Below are positions 1 through 8,437 of a DNA stretch of 60,577 bases, piece after piece (positions within the stretch are counted from its first letter, which is position 1; the number at the start of each line of letters is the position of its first letter). Origin of the DNA: Candidatus Micrarchaeota archaeon (GTDB lineage Archaea; Micrarchaeota; Micrarchaeia; Micrarchaeales; CABMGC01); assembly GCA_028867135.1 (NCBI GenBank), contig JAGWGW010000006.1, positions 1 to 60,577 of the forward strand. Reading direction: 5' to 3'. The translations under genes and the position numbers were made by a program. The notes below the pieces were generated by a model that saw only the letters and a list, made by a program, of their open reading frames with translations, was not told where the DNA came from and did no database searches.

Positions 1-476
1 ATGCAATGGACAACAAGACAAGGTTCTTGCTCGCCACGCAGATAACGAAAGTAAGAACGATAAAGGATGCGAGGGCTATCATACAGAAGGCAAAGCCATT
101 CCTCTCCCATAAGCCAAACACAATAGCGACGGATAAAGGGCAATTTTATAAGAGAGCGATAAGGAAAGAATACATTACCTTTGCACATAAATTTGTTTTC
201 AATAACAGGATGGGCGTAAATCATGCAACGTCAAAGATGGACAACCAGATAATAGAGAGGTATCATGGCACATTCAGGGAGAGGGATAAGGTTATTCGTG
301 GCTTCAAGAACGAAAGGGCAACAGAACAATACATAGACAATTGGAAAACCTATTACAACTTCGTAAGACCGCACACAAGCTTTAATGGTCTTACGCCATC
401 GGAGATGGCAGGGATAAGCATAGGTGCAGAGAGGAATAGATGGTTAACGTTATTGAAACTTAGTAGTAAACCTTGA
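1..476 (+). mobile_element. IS6-family-like DDE transposase, C-terminal portion (5' end truncated by window edge)
   Basis: ORF 6..476 is open to position 1. It shows DDE-transposase C-terminal motifs (TDKGQFY, NNRMG...ERYHGTFRER, YNFVRPHTSFNGLTPSE). Flanking DNA is AT-rich. Confidence 0.55.
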
Positions 477-1187
477 TTATACTCTATATTTTCTTAATAA
501 TTTTATAGAATGTTGAATAGCAGCATGCACGACGCCCAATTCAATCAATGAGTATAAAACTAAATCAATAAAGATGTACCAACTCGCAGTAAATGTATCA
601 TTAATTGCTCTTGAGTTTATCTTTGAATATTGTTCTATGTAGGATTTATACATGTAATTAGTAGTTTGGTTAGTGGTTGAATTAGTAGTATTAGTAATTG
701 AAACTTCGGCTATAAATCCATGTGCGCCTATGCCTGCAAGTGAATATGTTATGCTATCAAACAAATAATAAACTGGAATAAAGAAAATCGCTATAAGAAG
801 TGCTCCCCACATCATGTTTATTCGATATTTTGGAGAGAAACTTATGATATATTTTTGCAAGAATAATCTTAATTTGGGTATTGTCTGTATTAGGACAATT
901 GAATAAAAACCAAATAATATGCTACAGAATGTTAGTAAACCTTGTAAGAAAAATGGGTAAGTATCATCTGCTAAAGGAATTATATTGAGTATTTGAAGAA
1001 TGATATTTCTTTCAGTGCCGATTATCTGAGAATAAACAAAACCAAATATAATAACGAGAATATAGGCTAATCCTAATAATGTAGTGATTTTCCACTTTCT
1101 TGTACGCTCTCTTTTACTTAATTTGGGATCTTTCTTAAAAAATTCAGATATGGAACTGACCATAGTATCTGTCAAGGATTTTTTCAT
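477..1187 (-). CDS. hypothetical multi-pass membrane protein (AT-rich island)
   Basis: 236-aa ORF with several hydrophobic helices. Low GC. It abuts the IS remnant. Confidence 0.45.
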   Translation of the reverse strand: MKKSLTDTMVSSISEFFKKDPKLSKRERTRKWKITTLLGLAYILVIIFGFVYSQIIGTERNIILQILNIIPLADDTYPFFLQGLLTFCSILFGFYSIVLIQTIPKLRLFLQKYIISFSPKYRINMMWGALLIAIFFIPVYYLFDSITYSLAGIGAHGFIAEVSITNTTNSTTNQTTNYMYKSYIEQYSKINSRAINDTFTASWYIFIDLVLYSLIELGVVHAAIQHSIKLLRKYRV

Positions 1188-1190
1188 TCT

Positions 1191-1385
1191 TTAACGCCTT
1201 CTATTTAACGATAGCCCTATAACGAACCCTATGGCACCTCCAACGAGTGCCCCAGTGCCGCCACCTATAATACCTCCAAAAAGTCCTAAAGCAATTAAGC
1301 CTAACAAAGCATTTTCATCTTGTTTTGTCATAAATTTGTTTTGCTCGATAAGTCTTTTATGCCCTTTGGAAATGCCTTTTTTCAT
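1191..1385 (-). CDS. small glycine-zipper membrane protein
   Basis: 64 aa with a GxxxG-rich TM segment (LGLIALGLFGGIIGGGTGALVGGAIGFVIG). Resembles the N-terminal part of the 5245..5685 protein. Confidence 0.3.
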   Translation of the reverse strand: MKKGISKGHKRLIEQNKFMTKQDENALLGLIALGLFGGIIGGGTGALVGGAIGFVIGLSLNRRR

Positions 1386-1488
1386 TTATTCACCCCAAAA
1401 ACCAACCGAATGCGACGGCTGGATATATAAACCGAATTTGTGGACAATACCCACTAATGATTTATACCTTGTCAATGCATTGTTTACC

Positions 1489-2391
1489 ATGATAAAACTT
1501 CAGTCTGCGATGGAGTACCTGATGACTTACGGATGGGCGATACTCGCGATCGCGATTGTGATGGTCTCCCTTTATTCTCTTGGGATATTCAGCCTCGGAA
1601 ACCTGAAGCCAACTGCAACTCCCGGCTCGTGCCAGGTCATACGGACAGCAGCTCAGGTGAGTCTTGCAGGGCAATGCAATAACATGATTCCGAAATACGT
1701 TGGGCAGTTCAACGGACAAAACGCGTATGTTGATCTCGGAAATAGCGCGTCGGTAAGCCCCGAAGCCGGAGCAAACGGAAAAATGACCTTATGCATCTGG
1801 TACTTTATTACCTCCTCGGCAAGTTACAACGGACCTCTACTGAAAGGTGAGAGTTCTCCTTCAAGCGGAAACGGCTGGGAATATGCGATAGATCCCCAAG
1901 GAGCGTCACATGATGCTGTTGTCTGGGTTCCAGCGGGTAGCGGTATAATGAGCGTAAACTCTGGGAAAGCGACTACACTACAAACTTGGTATTTTGTCTG
2001 CTTTACCTATGATTATGCAGCAAATCAAGGTGCATATTACTACAACGGTACTCAATATTCAACAACATTAAGTCAAGGAAATGGCCCTGCTGCACAAAGA
2101 ACTGGACATCTTGTAATAGGAGCTGGCGAAGGCCCAGGCGGAGGTACTGGATATTCGAATATATATGCTGCAGATGTCCAGATTTACAATACCTCCCTTG
2201 ACAATACTACGATAAAGAGGCTATATCAGGAAGGTATAGGCGGGGCTCCGGTAGACCTGCAGCATCTCGTTGGTTGGTGGCCTCTCAACGGGAACGCAAA
2301 TGACTATTCCGGGAACAACAACCAAGGCACGTCAACAAGTGTAGTCTGGAACGCGAACTGGCAGAGCGGGTATACTGCGCCTACATCGTGA
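1489..2391 (+). CDS. class III signal peptide (archaeal prepilin-like) protein with LamG/ConA-like lectin core, paralog 1
   Basis: N-terminus MIKLQSAMEYLMTYGWAILAIAIVMVSLYSLGIF (short basic segment, QSA, then a hydrophobic helix). The core carries LamG_3-like blocks (YVDLGN..., WYFVCFTYD, LVIGAG, ADVQIYNTSL). The C-terminus is LVGWWPLNGNANDYSGNNNQGT...WNANWQSGY. ATG at 1489 chosen because the upstream part of ORF 1231..2391 overlaps an opposite-strand gene. Confidence 0.6.
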   Translation: MIKLQSAMEYLMTYGWAILAIAIVMVSLYSLGIFSLGNLKPTATPGSCQVIRTAAQVSLAGQCNNMIPKYVGQFNGQNAYVDLGNSASVSPEAGANGKMTLCIWYFITSSASYNGPLLKGESSPSSGNGWEYAIDPQGASHDAVVWVPAGSGIMSVNSGKATTLQTWYFVCFTYDYAANQGAYYYNGTQYSTTLSQGNGPAAQRTGHLVIGAGEGPGGGTGYSNIYAADVQIYNTSLDNTTIKRLYQEGIGGAPVDLQHLVGWWPLNGNANDYSGNNNQGTSTSVVWNANWQSGYTAPTS

Positions 2392-2930
2392 TGATTATGA
2401 AAGGATTTGTCTCCATAGTCATATCCGGAGAGCCGAAATCAGGAAAGTCGACGCTTGCAGGGATGCTTGCAAAGGCATACGGATGGCAGAGACTATCGCT
2501 GGGCGACATGTGGCGCGAGAAATGGAGGAAGCTATACCCTAATGAAGAGGTTCCTTTCGATGTATTCTGGAAAGGCACAACTATAGATGAGAACAGAAGG
2601 ATGAATGTCGAGGCAAAGAAAATATTCGAGAAGGGAAAGATGGTCGGAGACTCAAGGTTCGTATCCTACCTTAATCCCAGTAAATGCTTTCTCATATTCA
2701 TGACTGCCAGCCTTGAAACGAGGGCGAAAAGATCGGCGAACGGCGAATACAAGGGAAAGAGCATCGCTGGAATAAAGAGGCTGCTCAAGAAAAGGGAGAT
2801 GGACGAAGTGCAGATGGGCATGAAGCTGTTCAAGAATGATTACAGGGATCCGGAGCACTACCATCTCATCCTCAACTCAGGCATACTGACTCCGGAGCAG
2901 GAGTTCAACATTGTACGGAGCATCGTATAG
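2388..2930 (+). CDS. cmk: cytidylate kinase, archaeal type
   Basis: P-loop GEPKSGKST. The overall pattern matches archaeal CMP kinases of about 180 aa. Confidence 0.6.
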   Translation: MMIMKGFVSIVISGEPKSGKSTLAGMLAKAYGWQRLSLGDMWREKWRKLYPNEEVPFDVFWKGTTIDENRRMNVEAKKIFEKGKMVGDSRFVSYLNPSKCFLIFMTASLETRAKRSANGEYKGKSIAGIKRLLKKREMDEVQMGMKLFKNDYRDPEHYHLILNSGILTPEQEFNIVRSIV

Positions 2931-4493
2931 CTAGAGCTGCTTCTGCCCCTTGCCCAGCTGATAGCTCTCCGCGAGCTTCCTGTTCAGCGAGTTTATCAGC
3001 ATCCTCATCTTCTCCTCCTTCTGGCCCGATACCCTGAGATACACTTCGTCCTTGGTGCCTTCCGCAACAAGTATGTATATGTCTCCGTCCCTGAACCTCC
3101 CTGTCCTTCCCTTCCTCTGTATGTTCCTTATCTCATTAGGTATCGCTTCGTAAAACACGACCAGGTCAACGCTCGGTATGTCGAGGCCCTCCTCGCCTAT
3201 GGAGCTCGCCACCAGTATGTCAAATTTCCTGTTCCTGAAATCCTCTATCACCTGCTTCTGCTGCAGCTGCGTGACCCCCTCCTTCTTGCCGACGAACGGA
3301 ACGGAGCTGAAGCCGTTGTTGTTGAGGAATTCGACCAGCATCCTTATCGTAGAGCGGTACTGCGCGAACACTATGGCGCTCTTGCCCCTGTAATTCTTCA
3401 GCACGTCTATCAGCGCGAAAACCTTTCCATGCTCCTCGCTTCTCCTTACCGATTCCTCAGCCAGACTCTTCGCAGCCATGATGTTCCTGTTGTTTAGGAG
3501 GTACTCGACAGCGCGGCTCTTCTTCTCCCTGGCATGCAGCGAGTTCATGTAGCTGAGAAACGGGGATATGCCCTCAACAACAAGCAGGTCGTACGCATGC
3601 AGCAGGTTAAGCAGCTTCACATATCCGAATATGGCCCCGAACTTGTAGTTCCTGGCTTCTATCTTCTCTATCTCCCTTCCAAGCGCTATCAATCTTCCCT
3701 TCGGCATGTTCTGGAAGCTCTTGAAGTGCATCAGCCCCATGTGCCTGAGGCTGTCCATGCTGGCTTCGATCTCAGGCACGAGGAGCTTCGATATCTCCTT
3801 TATCCTATCGGTCTGCCTGACGTTGACAATGTGGACGTACTTCGGCATGATGTACTTTACCACATCGCCGTCTGTAGACACTCTCGCCTCGATGTGCCTT
3901 ATGTTGAGGGTTCCAACGAGCTCCTCTATCTTCTCCTTCTTGCTTCCGGGAGACGCCGTCAATCCGACAACAAGTATGTCCCTGACCGTGCATTCGTTCG
4001 CTATGTAAGTATATGCGTATTTCCCGACCGCCCTATGGCACTCGTCGAAGACAGCGACCCCGAACCCCTCAAGGCCGAGCATCGCGCTCTTCACGTCGTT
4101 CGCGACTGTCTGCGGAGTCGCCACTATGACCTTCGCGATGTTCGCCTCCCTAGCCTTCTTGCTTGTCGTTCCTGTGAGCAGCAGTATCTCCTCTTTCGGG
4201 ATCTTCAGCTGGTTCGCAATGGTATTGTAGTGCTGCTCGGAAAGCGGCTTAGTCGGGGCCATGAGCAGCGACCTCTTCCCATCCGCTATCGCCTTCGCTA
4301 TTGCAGCAACGGCTATGAAGGTCTTCCCAAGCCCTGTAGGCAGCACGACCAGCGTGTTGCCGTTCTGATGTATTGATCTTATTATGTTGTACTGGTATTC
4401 CCTGAATTCAGTGCCTTCGAGGTTCATCAGATTGGCGTAGTCACCAAGCAGCCGCCATCTCTCGTCAATAGCCATATAAACCAGTCTCAGCAC
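2931..4493 (-). CDS. hef: Hef/FANCM-like ATP-dependent helicase (helicase domain only, no nuclease)
   Basis: Motifs PTGLGKT, DECH, TASPG and RKGRTGR with superfamily-2 helicase layout. 520 aa, no ERCC4 domain. Confidence 0.65.
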   Translation of the reverse strand: MLRLVYMAIDERWRLLGDYANLMNLEGTEFREYQYNIIRSIHQNGNTLVVLPTGLGKTFIAVAAIAKAIADGKRSLLMAPTKPLSEQHYNTIANQLKIPKEEILLLTGTTSKKAREANIAKVIVATPQTVANDVKSAMLGLEGFGVAVFDECHRAVGKYAYTYIANECTVRDILVVGLTASPGSKKEKIEELVGTLNIRHIEARVSTDGDVVKYIMPKYVHIVNVRQTDRIKEISKLLVPEIEASMDSLRHMGLMHFKSFQNMPKGRLIALGREIEKIEARNYKFGAIFGYVKLLNLLHAYDLLVVEGISPFLSYMNSLHAREKKSRAVEYLLNNRNIMAAKSLAEESVRRSEEHGKVFALIDVLKNYRGKSAIVFAQYRSTIRMLVEFLNNNGFSSVPFVGKKEGVTQLQQKQVIEDFRNRKFDILVASSIGEEGLDIPSVDLVVFYEAIPNEIRNIQRKGRTGRFRDGDIYILVAEGTKDEVYLRVSGQKEEKMRMLINSLNRKLAESYQLGKGQKQL

Positions 4494-4538
4494 TACGATA
4501 TAGCCTTAAAAAGCTTTTAAGCAATACCTTGCTATCGT

Positions 4539-4610
4539 GCCGCAGTAGCTCAATGGGAGAGCGCCGCCCTGAAGAGGCGGATGTTGCTGGTTCAAATCCG
4601 GCCTGCGGCA
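4539..4610 (+). tRNA. tRNA-Phe (anticodon GAA)
   Basis: Cloverleaf folds by hand. Acceptor GCCGCAG/CTGCGGC, D-arm GCTC/GAGC, anticodon stem CCGCC/GGCGG with loop CTGAAGA, T-arm CTGGT-TTCAAAT-CCGGC. Discriminator A, no encoded CCA. Confidence 0.85.
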
Positions 4611-4667
4611 TAACCTCCTCACGAGGGAGTGCAGTCCAAATCCCCAAGGGCGACCTTTAAATAGGTC

Positions 4668-5217
4668 TTGGTCGTAACGGCCAGCATGACTTTGAAAGAA
4701 TCCGAATTGGGCAGGATTGATAGAGGCATAGAGAAATTCGTTTCTAGGCTCAAGAAGGAGAGTCCAACGAACTATATCCATGTCAAGGACTACATTGCCT
4801 TCCTTCAGGCTAACAACAAGCATACGCGCACCGTATACAGGCATGCTTTGCTCTATCTATCTTCTTCAGGTTCTACAACAAGGATGCAAAGGAAGCAACA
4901 AAAGAGGAGCTAGTACAAGCGATAGGCAGGATAAACCTTCTTCCAAACTACCGGGAATCCACAAAAGACAAGGTAAGGACCGTAACCAAACAGTTTTACA
5001 AGCATTTGCTAGGAGATGACGAATTCTACCCCCCCCGTCATTAGATGGCAAAAGGTCAAAGGCCATCCATAGAGGAGAAGGAAAACAGATAAATTCTGAC
5101 GATGTGCTTTGTCTTCGAGATTATGTAAGACGTACAATCCTAGCAGTTAATGATATAAACAAAGGCAAAAAGGAGCTAGCAAACATTTTAAACCGAAGAG
5201 GTTTCTATAACTTTTAA
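4668..5217 (+). pseudogene. tyrosine recombinase (integrase) remnant, frameshifted and fragmented
   Basis: Frame 1 encodes an integrase N-terminal-like segment (…YIHVKDYIAFLQANNKHTRTVYRHALLYL). Another frame continues with …AIGRINLLPNYRESTKDKVRTVTKQFYKHLLGDDEFY and then stops. Lies immediately 3' of tRNA-Phe. GC about 43%. Confidence 0.4.
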
Positions 5218-5244
5218 TAGACCATATCTGTTAGGCCCTAGGCA

Positions 5245-5685
5245 TTACTTCTGCTTCTTCTTAGCTAGAAAGCCACCAATCAAACCTCCTATTGGCGTTG
5301 CGATGAAGAAGAGCAGGTAGCCGATACCGAGTACTGACCTGATGGTATTTGCAAGCTGATATGCTGCCTGGGAAACCTGTGGTGAAGTGGTGCTCCCTGC
5401 TCCAGCAAGACCAATAACCGATGCAAGAATATACGGCACGAAGAGAATTATGATTAGCCCTATAACAAAACTAACAACCCCAGAAAGGAAGCCCACGCCA
5501 GCTCCCCCAACCGCCCCTCGCTTAGCCATATAGCCTGCTATGGCACCGCTGATTAGCAAGCCAAAGAAAACAATACCACCGATAAGTCCTCCAATTATGC
5601 CTCCCACGACTACTGCCTTCGCAATGCTTGGCTGCTTTGCAGAAGTTGTTTCAGGCATATATCCCAAATCTACTTGAATATGCAT
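5245..5685 (-). CDS. glycine-zipper membrane protein
   Basis: 146 aa with repeated GGxIGGLIGG motifs and four predicted TM helices. Confidence 0.45.
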   Translation of the reverse strand: MHIQVDLGYMPETTSAKQPSIAKAVVVGGIIGGLIGGIVFFGLLISGAIAGYMAKRGAVGGAGVGFLSGVVSFVIGLIIILFVPYILASVIGLAGAGSTTSPQVSQAAYQLANTIRSVLGIGYLLFFIATPIGGLIGGFLAKKKQK

Positions 5686-5761
5686 GTTTAAATAGCTGAG
5701 CTAAAGAATTGGAAGGTAGGACTTGAACTTTAGTTCTGATTGAGGCCTGTGGCATAGTACT

Positions 5762-6172
5762 TTATAAGTAAGGTATCAGGTCAGATGTTTTCCATACCTT
5801 TATCATCTTCTGCTTCTGAAAATGACTGTCATCGCTCCATATGCCATCATTTGCAATTGCAAGTCCTAGCGCTATGAATGGCGTGTCATCTGCATCTATC
5901 TTATCCATAATCTTTTTTGCCTCATTAAATTTGTACTTAAGTATGGAATCATCAACTACATACAGATTATTCAATATTAATGACAGCAGGCTATCAAATG
6001 CGGTTTCTGTTAAGTTAGTCCTTCTCAATAGTTCCTCCTTGTGCTCCTCGAGCTCCATTTTTGTAAAACTTGGTGTTAGGAGTATGAACTTATCAGAATA
6101 GATTATTCTCCTGCTTACCGAATCCTTGATGAGTGCTGCAACTATCCTATTGGTATTAGCTACTAGTATCAT
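5762..6172 (-). CDS. vapC: PIN-domain ribonuclease toxin VapC
   Basis: Acidic PIN-like residues in a 136-aa protein. Overlaps the upstream small RHH/AbrB-like gene by 17 nt. Confidence 0.6.
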   Translation of the reverse strand: MILVANTNRIVAALIKDSVSRRIIYSDKFILLTPSFTKMELEEHKEELLRRTNLTETAFDSLLSLILNNLYVVDDSILKYKFNEAKKIMDKIDADDTPFIALGLAIANDGIWSDDSHFQKQKMIKVWKTSDLIPYL

Positions 6173-6398
6173 TCTCGAGCCTCTTACGTATTCCTGCCTT
6201 GACTTTGTGCCCTATGGTCTCAGCATCTTTTTCCGTAAGTCGGCTATTCTTGAGCATCTTATCCACAAGGTCCAGCTCCAGCAGCTTTTTTTCAAAAGCA
6301 AGCCTGGCTATATCGCTCCATTTCAATTCCGTATGTCTTTTCATTTTCTCATACAATTCATCTGAAACTGATAGTGTTATATTCGTCACAGCTTTCAC
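6156..6398 (-). CDS. vapB: VapB-type antitoxin (small DNA-binding protein)
   Basis: 80-aa ORF immediately upstream of and overlapping vapC. Gene order is the classical type II TA arrangement. Confidence 0.5.
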   Translation of the reverse strand: MKAVTNITLSVSDELYEKMKRHTELKWSDIARLAFEKKLLELDLVDKMLKNSRLTEKDAETIGHKVKAGIRKRLENDTSS

Positions 6399-6641
6399 CT
6401 ATGTGTATTATGTGTAATCACATATTTAAACTTTTCCGTTGCCTACTACAGCACATAAGGGTACAAAAGCCATCATGCATAGTATTTCCAATCAAACAAT
6501 GTCTTTCTGAAGTGGCACCATAGGAATATGCCGGCTTGTGGCATTTTCCATTCAACAGGGGATCTGTTTAATCTATCCTGCGGTAAAACGCATTTTGCGG
6601 CATAAATTTAAAGCACGCCAAGCAATATACGATGTGATTTC

Positions 6642-7109
6642 TTGAAAAAAGTGGGGCTTGCAGATACGACGTTTTCCAGATTCGACTACGCGCCGGTGGT
6701 GCTCGGAGTGCTGTCAGAGAGCAACCCAGAGGTAGAAATTGTGCGCTACACTGTGCCTGGAATAAAGGATCTTCCTGTAGCATGCAAGAGGCTCTTTCAG
6801 GAAAAGTGTGACATAGTGATAGCATGCGGCATGGTGGGCAAGATGCCGATAGACAAGCAGTGCTCTCACGAAGCCAGTATCGGGCTCCAGTCAGTCCAGT
6901 TGTCTGAAGCGAAGCACATACTCGAGGTTTTTGTCCACATGGATGAGGCCAAGAACGATAAGGAGCTTGCAAGTATCTGCGAGGACAGGGCAAGAAAACA
7001 TGCCGAGAATGTCCTTATGCTCCTTTTCGACCAGAAGAAACTGCAAGGCAGGGCAGGCACGGGCAGAAGGCAGGGAAAGGAGGACGAAGGTCCCCTGAGG
7101 TTGGGTTAG
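6642..7109 (+). CDS. ribC: riboflavin synthase, archaeal type
   Basis: Matches archaeal RibC by eye (VGLADTTFSRFDYAPV…VPGIKDLPVACKRL…CDIVIACGMVGK…CSHEASIGL…VFVHMDEAKNDKELA…RARKHAEN). Likely TTG start. Confidence 0.75.
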   Translation: MKKVGLADTTFSRFDYAPVVLGVLSESNPEVEIVRYTVPGIKDLPVACKRLFQEKCDIVIACGMVGKMPIDKQCSHEASIGLQSVQLSEAKHILEVFVHMDEAKNDKELASICEDRARKHAENVLMLLFDQKKLQGRAGTGRRQGKEDEGPLRLG

Positions 7110-7523
7110 ATGGTTTCCATAGCAATAGTGCATTCGAAATTCAACCACGAGATAACTGATAAGATGCTTGAGCATGCGAGAGCGCACGCGAAGAAGCTCG
7201 GCATGAAGGTCGCAGTTGAGGTGACAGTGCCAGGCGCATTCGACATGCCAATAACCATAAAGAAGCTGCTTGAGAGAAAGGATATCGACGGAGTGGCAAC
7301 CATAGGAGCCGTAATCAAGGGCGAGACGAAGCATGACGAGCTTATAGCCAATCAGCTTTCCCATGCAATAATCCAGTTGTCGCTGCAATACGGCAAGCCT
7401 GTAGGTCTGGGAGTAATCGGGCCTGGCGTTACCTGGAAACAGGCAGAAGCAAGGGCAAAGCAGTATTCGGAGCAGAGCGTCGAAGCCGTATTGAAACTAC
7501 ACAAAGAGCTGAAGAAGATATAG
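7110..7523 (+). CDS. ribH: 6,7-dimethyl-8-ribityllumazine synthase
   Basis: IAIVHSKFNHEITDKML…VPGAFDMPITIKKL…IGAVIKGETKHDELI pattern in 137 aa. Directly follows ribC. Confidence 0.8.
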   Translation: MVSIAIVHSKFNHEITDKMLEHARAHAKKLGMKVAVEVTVPGAFDMPITIKKLLERKDIDGVATIGAVIKGETKHDELIANQLSHAIIQLSLQYGKPVGLGVIGPGVTWKQAEARAKQYSEQSVEAVLKLHKELKKI

Positions 7524-7660
7524 GCTTTACAGGGTGCGCTAGACGCTACCCAACTAGAACTGTCAGAATAACCGAAAAGCACGTAAGAGTACAAAAAGCG
7601 CCACAAAGCAGATTTGTCATCTTTTGGCGTCGTTTCGGAAGTAGTCCCGAGAAAACTGCT

Positions 7661-7690
7661 GGCCTGCGGCATAGTACTTTCCGTTCAACG
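7661..7690 (+). repeat. att-like repeat derived from tRNA-Phe 3' end (copy R4)
   Basis: GGCCTGCGGCATAGTACTTTCCGTTCAACG. The first 13 nt equal the tRNA-Phe 3' end. Related copies at 5744..5770, 6471..6501 and 6535..6561. Confidence 0.5.
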
Positions 7691-7726
7691 ACGCACGTCT
7701 AAAGATTGCAGAAAGAAGTTTAATAA

Positions 7727-8374
7727 GTGTTTAATGCTTATGATATCGTGGGTTATTATACGGCCAAAAGATCTAAAAAGAAAAGGCTTACGCATGTAAA
7801 ATATCCATTATTAGCATCCGCACTACTATTGGTCGGAATAGCTGCATTATTCATCTTCGCATCACATTTTTCCCAGAAAACCCAGCGACCATCAATGCAA
7901 CAGCTGCAATTAAATTTTGATTATCTTAGTCAACAGCACACTAACCTTTGCGCAGCGCCAAATTTCTTGGATTCAAAATCTAACGACAGTTTTCTCCAGG
8001 GATCATGCTGCTCCTTCATGAACTTCAGCAGCTATGTGGAGCAGGTGGAGGGGTTGACAAACTATTCAAGCATATCCCAGATACCCAAAGACCCTTACAA
8101 CATATCAGTTCCGCTTGCTAAGCAGCTGTTAGGCTACGACCAAAACATACAGCTGGATTCGAATCAGCAAATGATTTATGGTCAAGCTGTCAACATGTCC
8201 TCAGAGCACGGACCATGCTGCTGCAAATGCTGGAGATGGTACGTATTTGAAGGCCAGGCAAAGTACTTCATAGTGCACAATATGTTCAATGCAAGCCAGA
8301 TAGCCCACATCTGGGACCTGGAAGATGGCTGCGGAGGGCCTTCTGATGCCAAGGGCTATCAGCCACCTGCGTGA
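7727..8374 (+). CDS. secreted/membrane-anchored cysteine-rich protein
   Basis: N-terminal basic segment plus TM anchor. Many Cys (CCSF, CCCKCW) and N-x-S/T sequons. Confidence 0.45.
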   Translation: MFNAYDIVGYYTAKRSKKKRLTHVKYPLLASALLLVGIAALFIFASHFSQKTQRPSMQQLQLNFDYLSQQHTNLCAAPNFLDSKSNDSFLQGSCCSFMNFSSYVEQVEGLTNYSSISQIPKDPYNISVPLAKQLLGYDQNIQLDSNQQMIYGQAVNMSSEHGPCCCKCWRWYVFEGQAKYFIVHNMFNASQIAHIWDLEDGCGGPSDAKGYQPPA

Positions 8375-8437
8375 TTTTCAATGGTTCCGGGCTTTTATGA
8401 AACCTAAGGATTCAGAGCAATTTATATAAGCTATCTG

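Noticed and set aside
4465-4844. Minus-strand ORFs overlapping tRNA-Phe
   Set aside because: They overlap a well-folding tRNA gene and are not protein-like.
6399-6641. Possible FMN riboswitch upstream of ribC
   Set aside because: No FMN-element consensus was recognisable. The region instead contains the att-like repeats.
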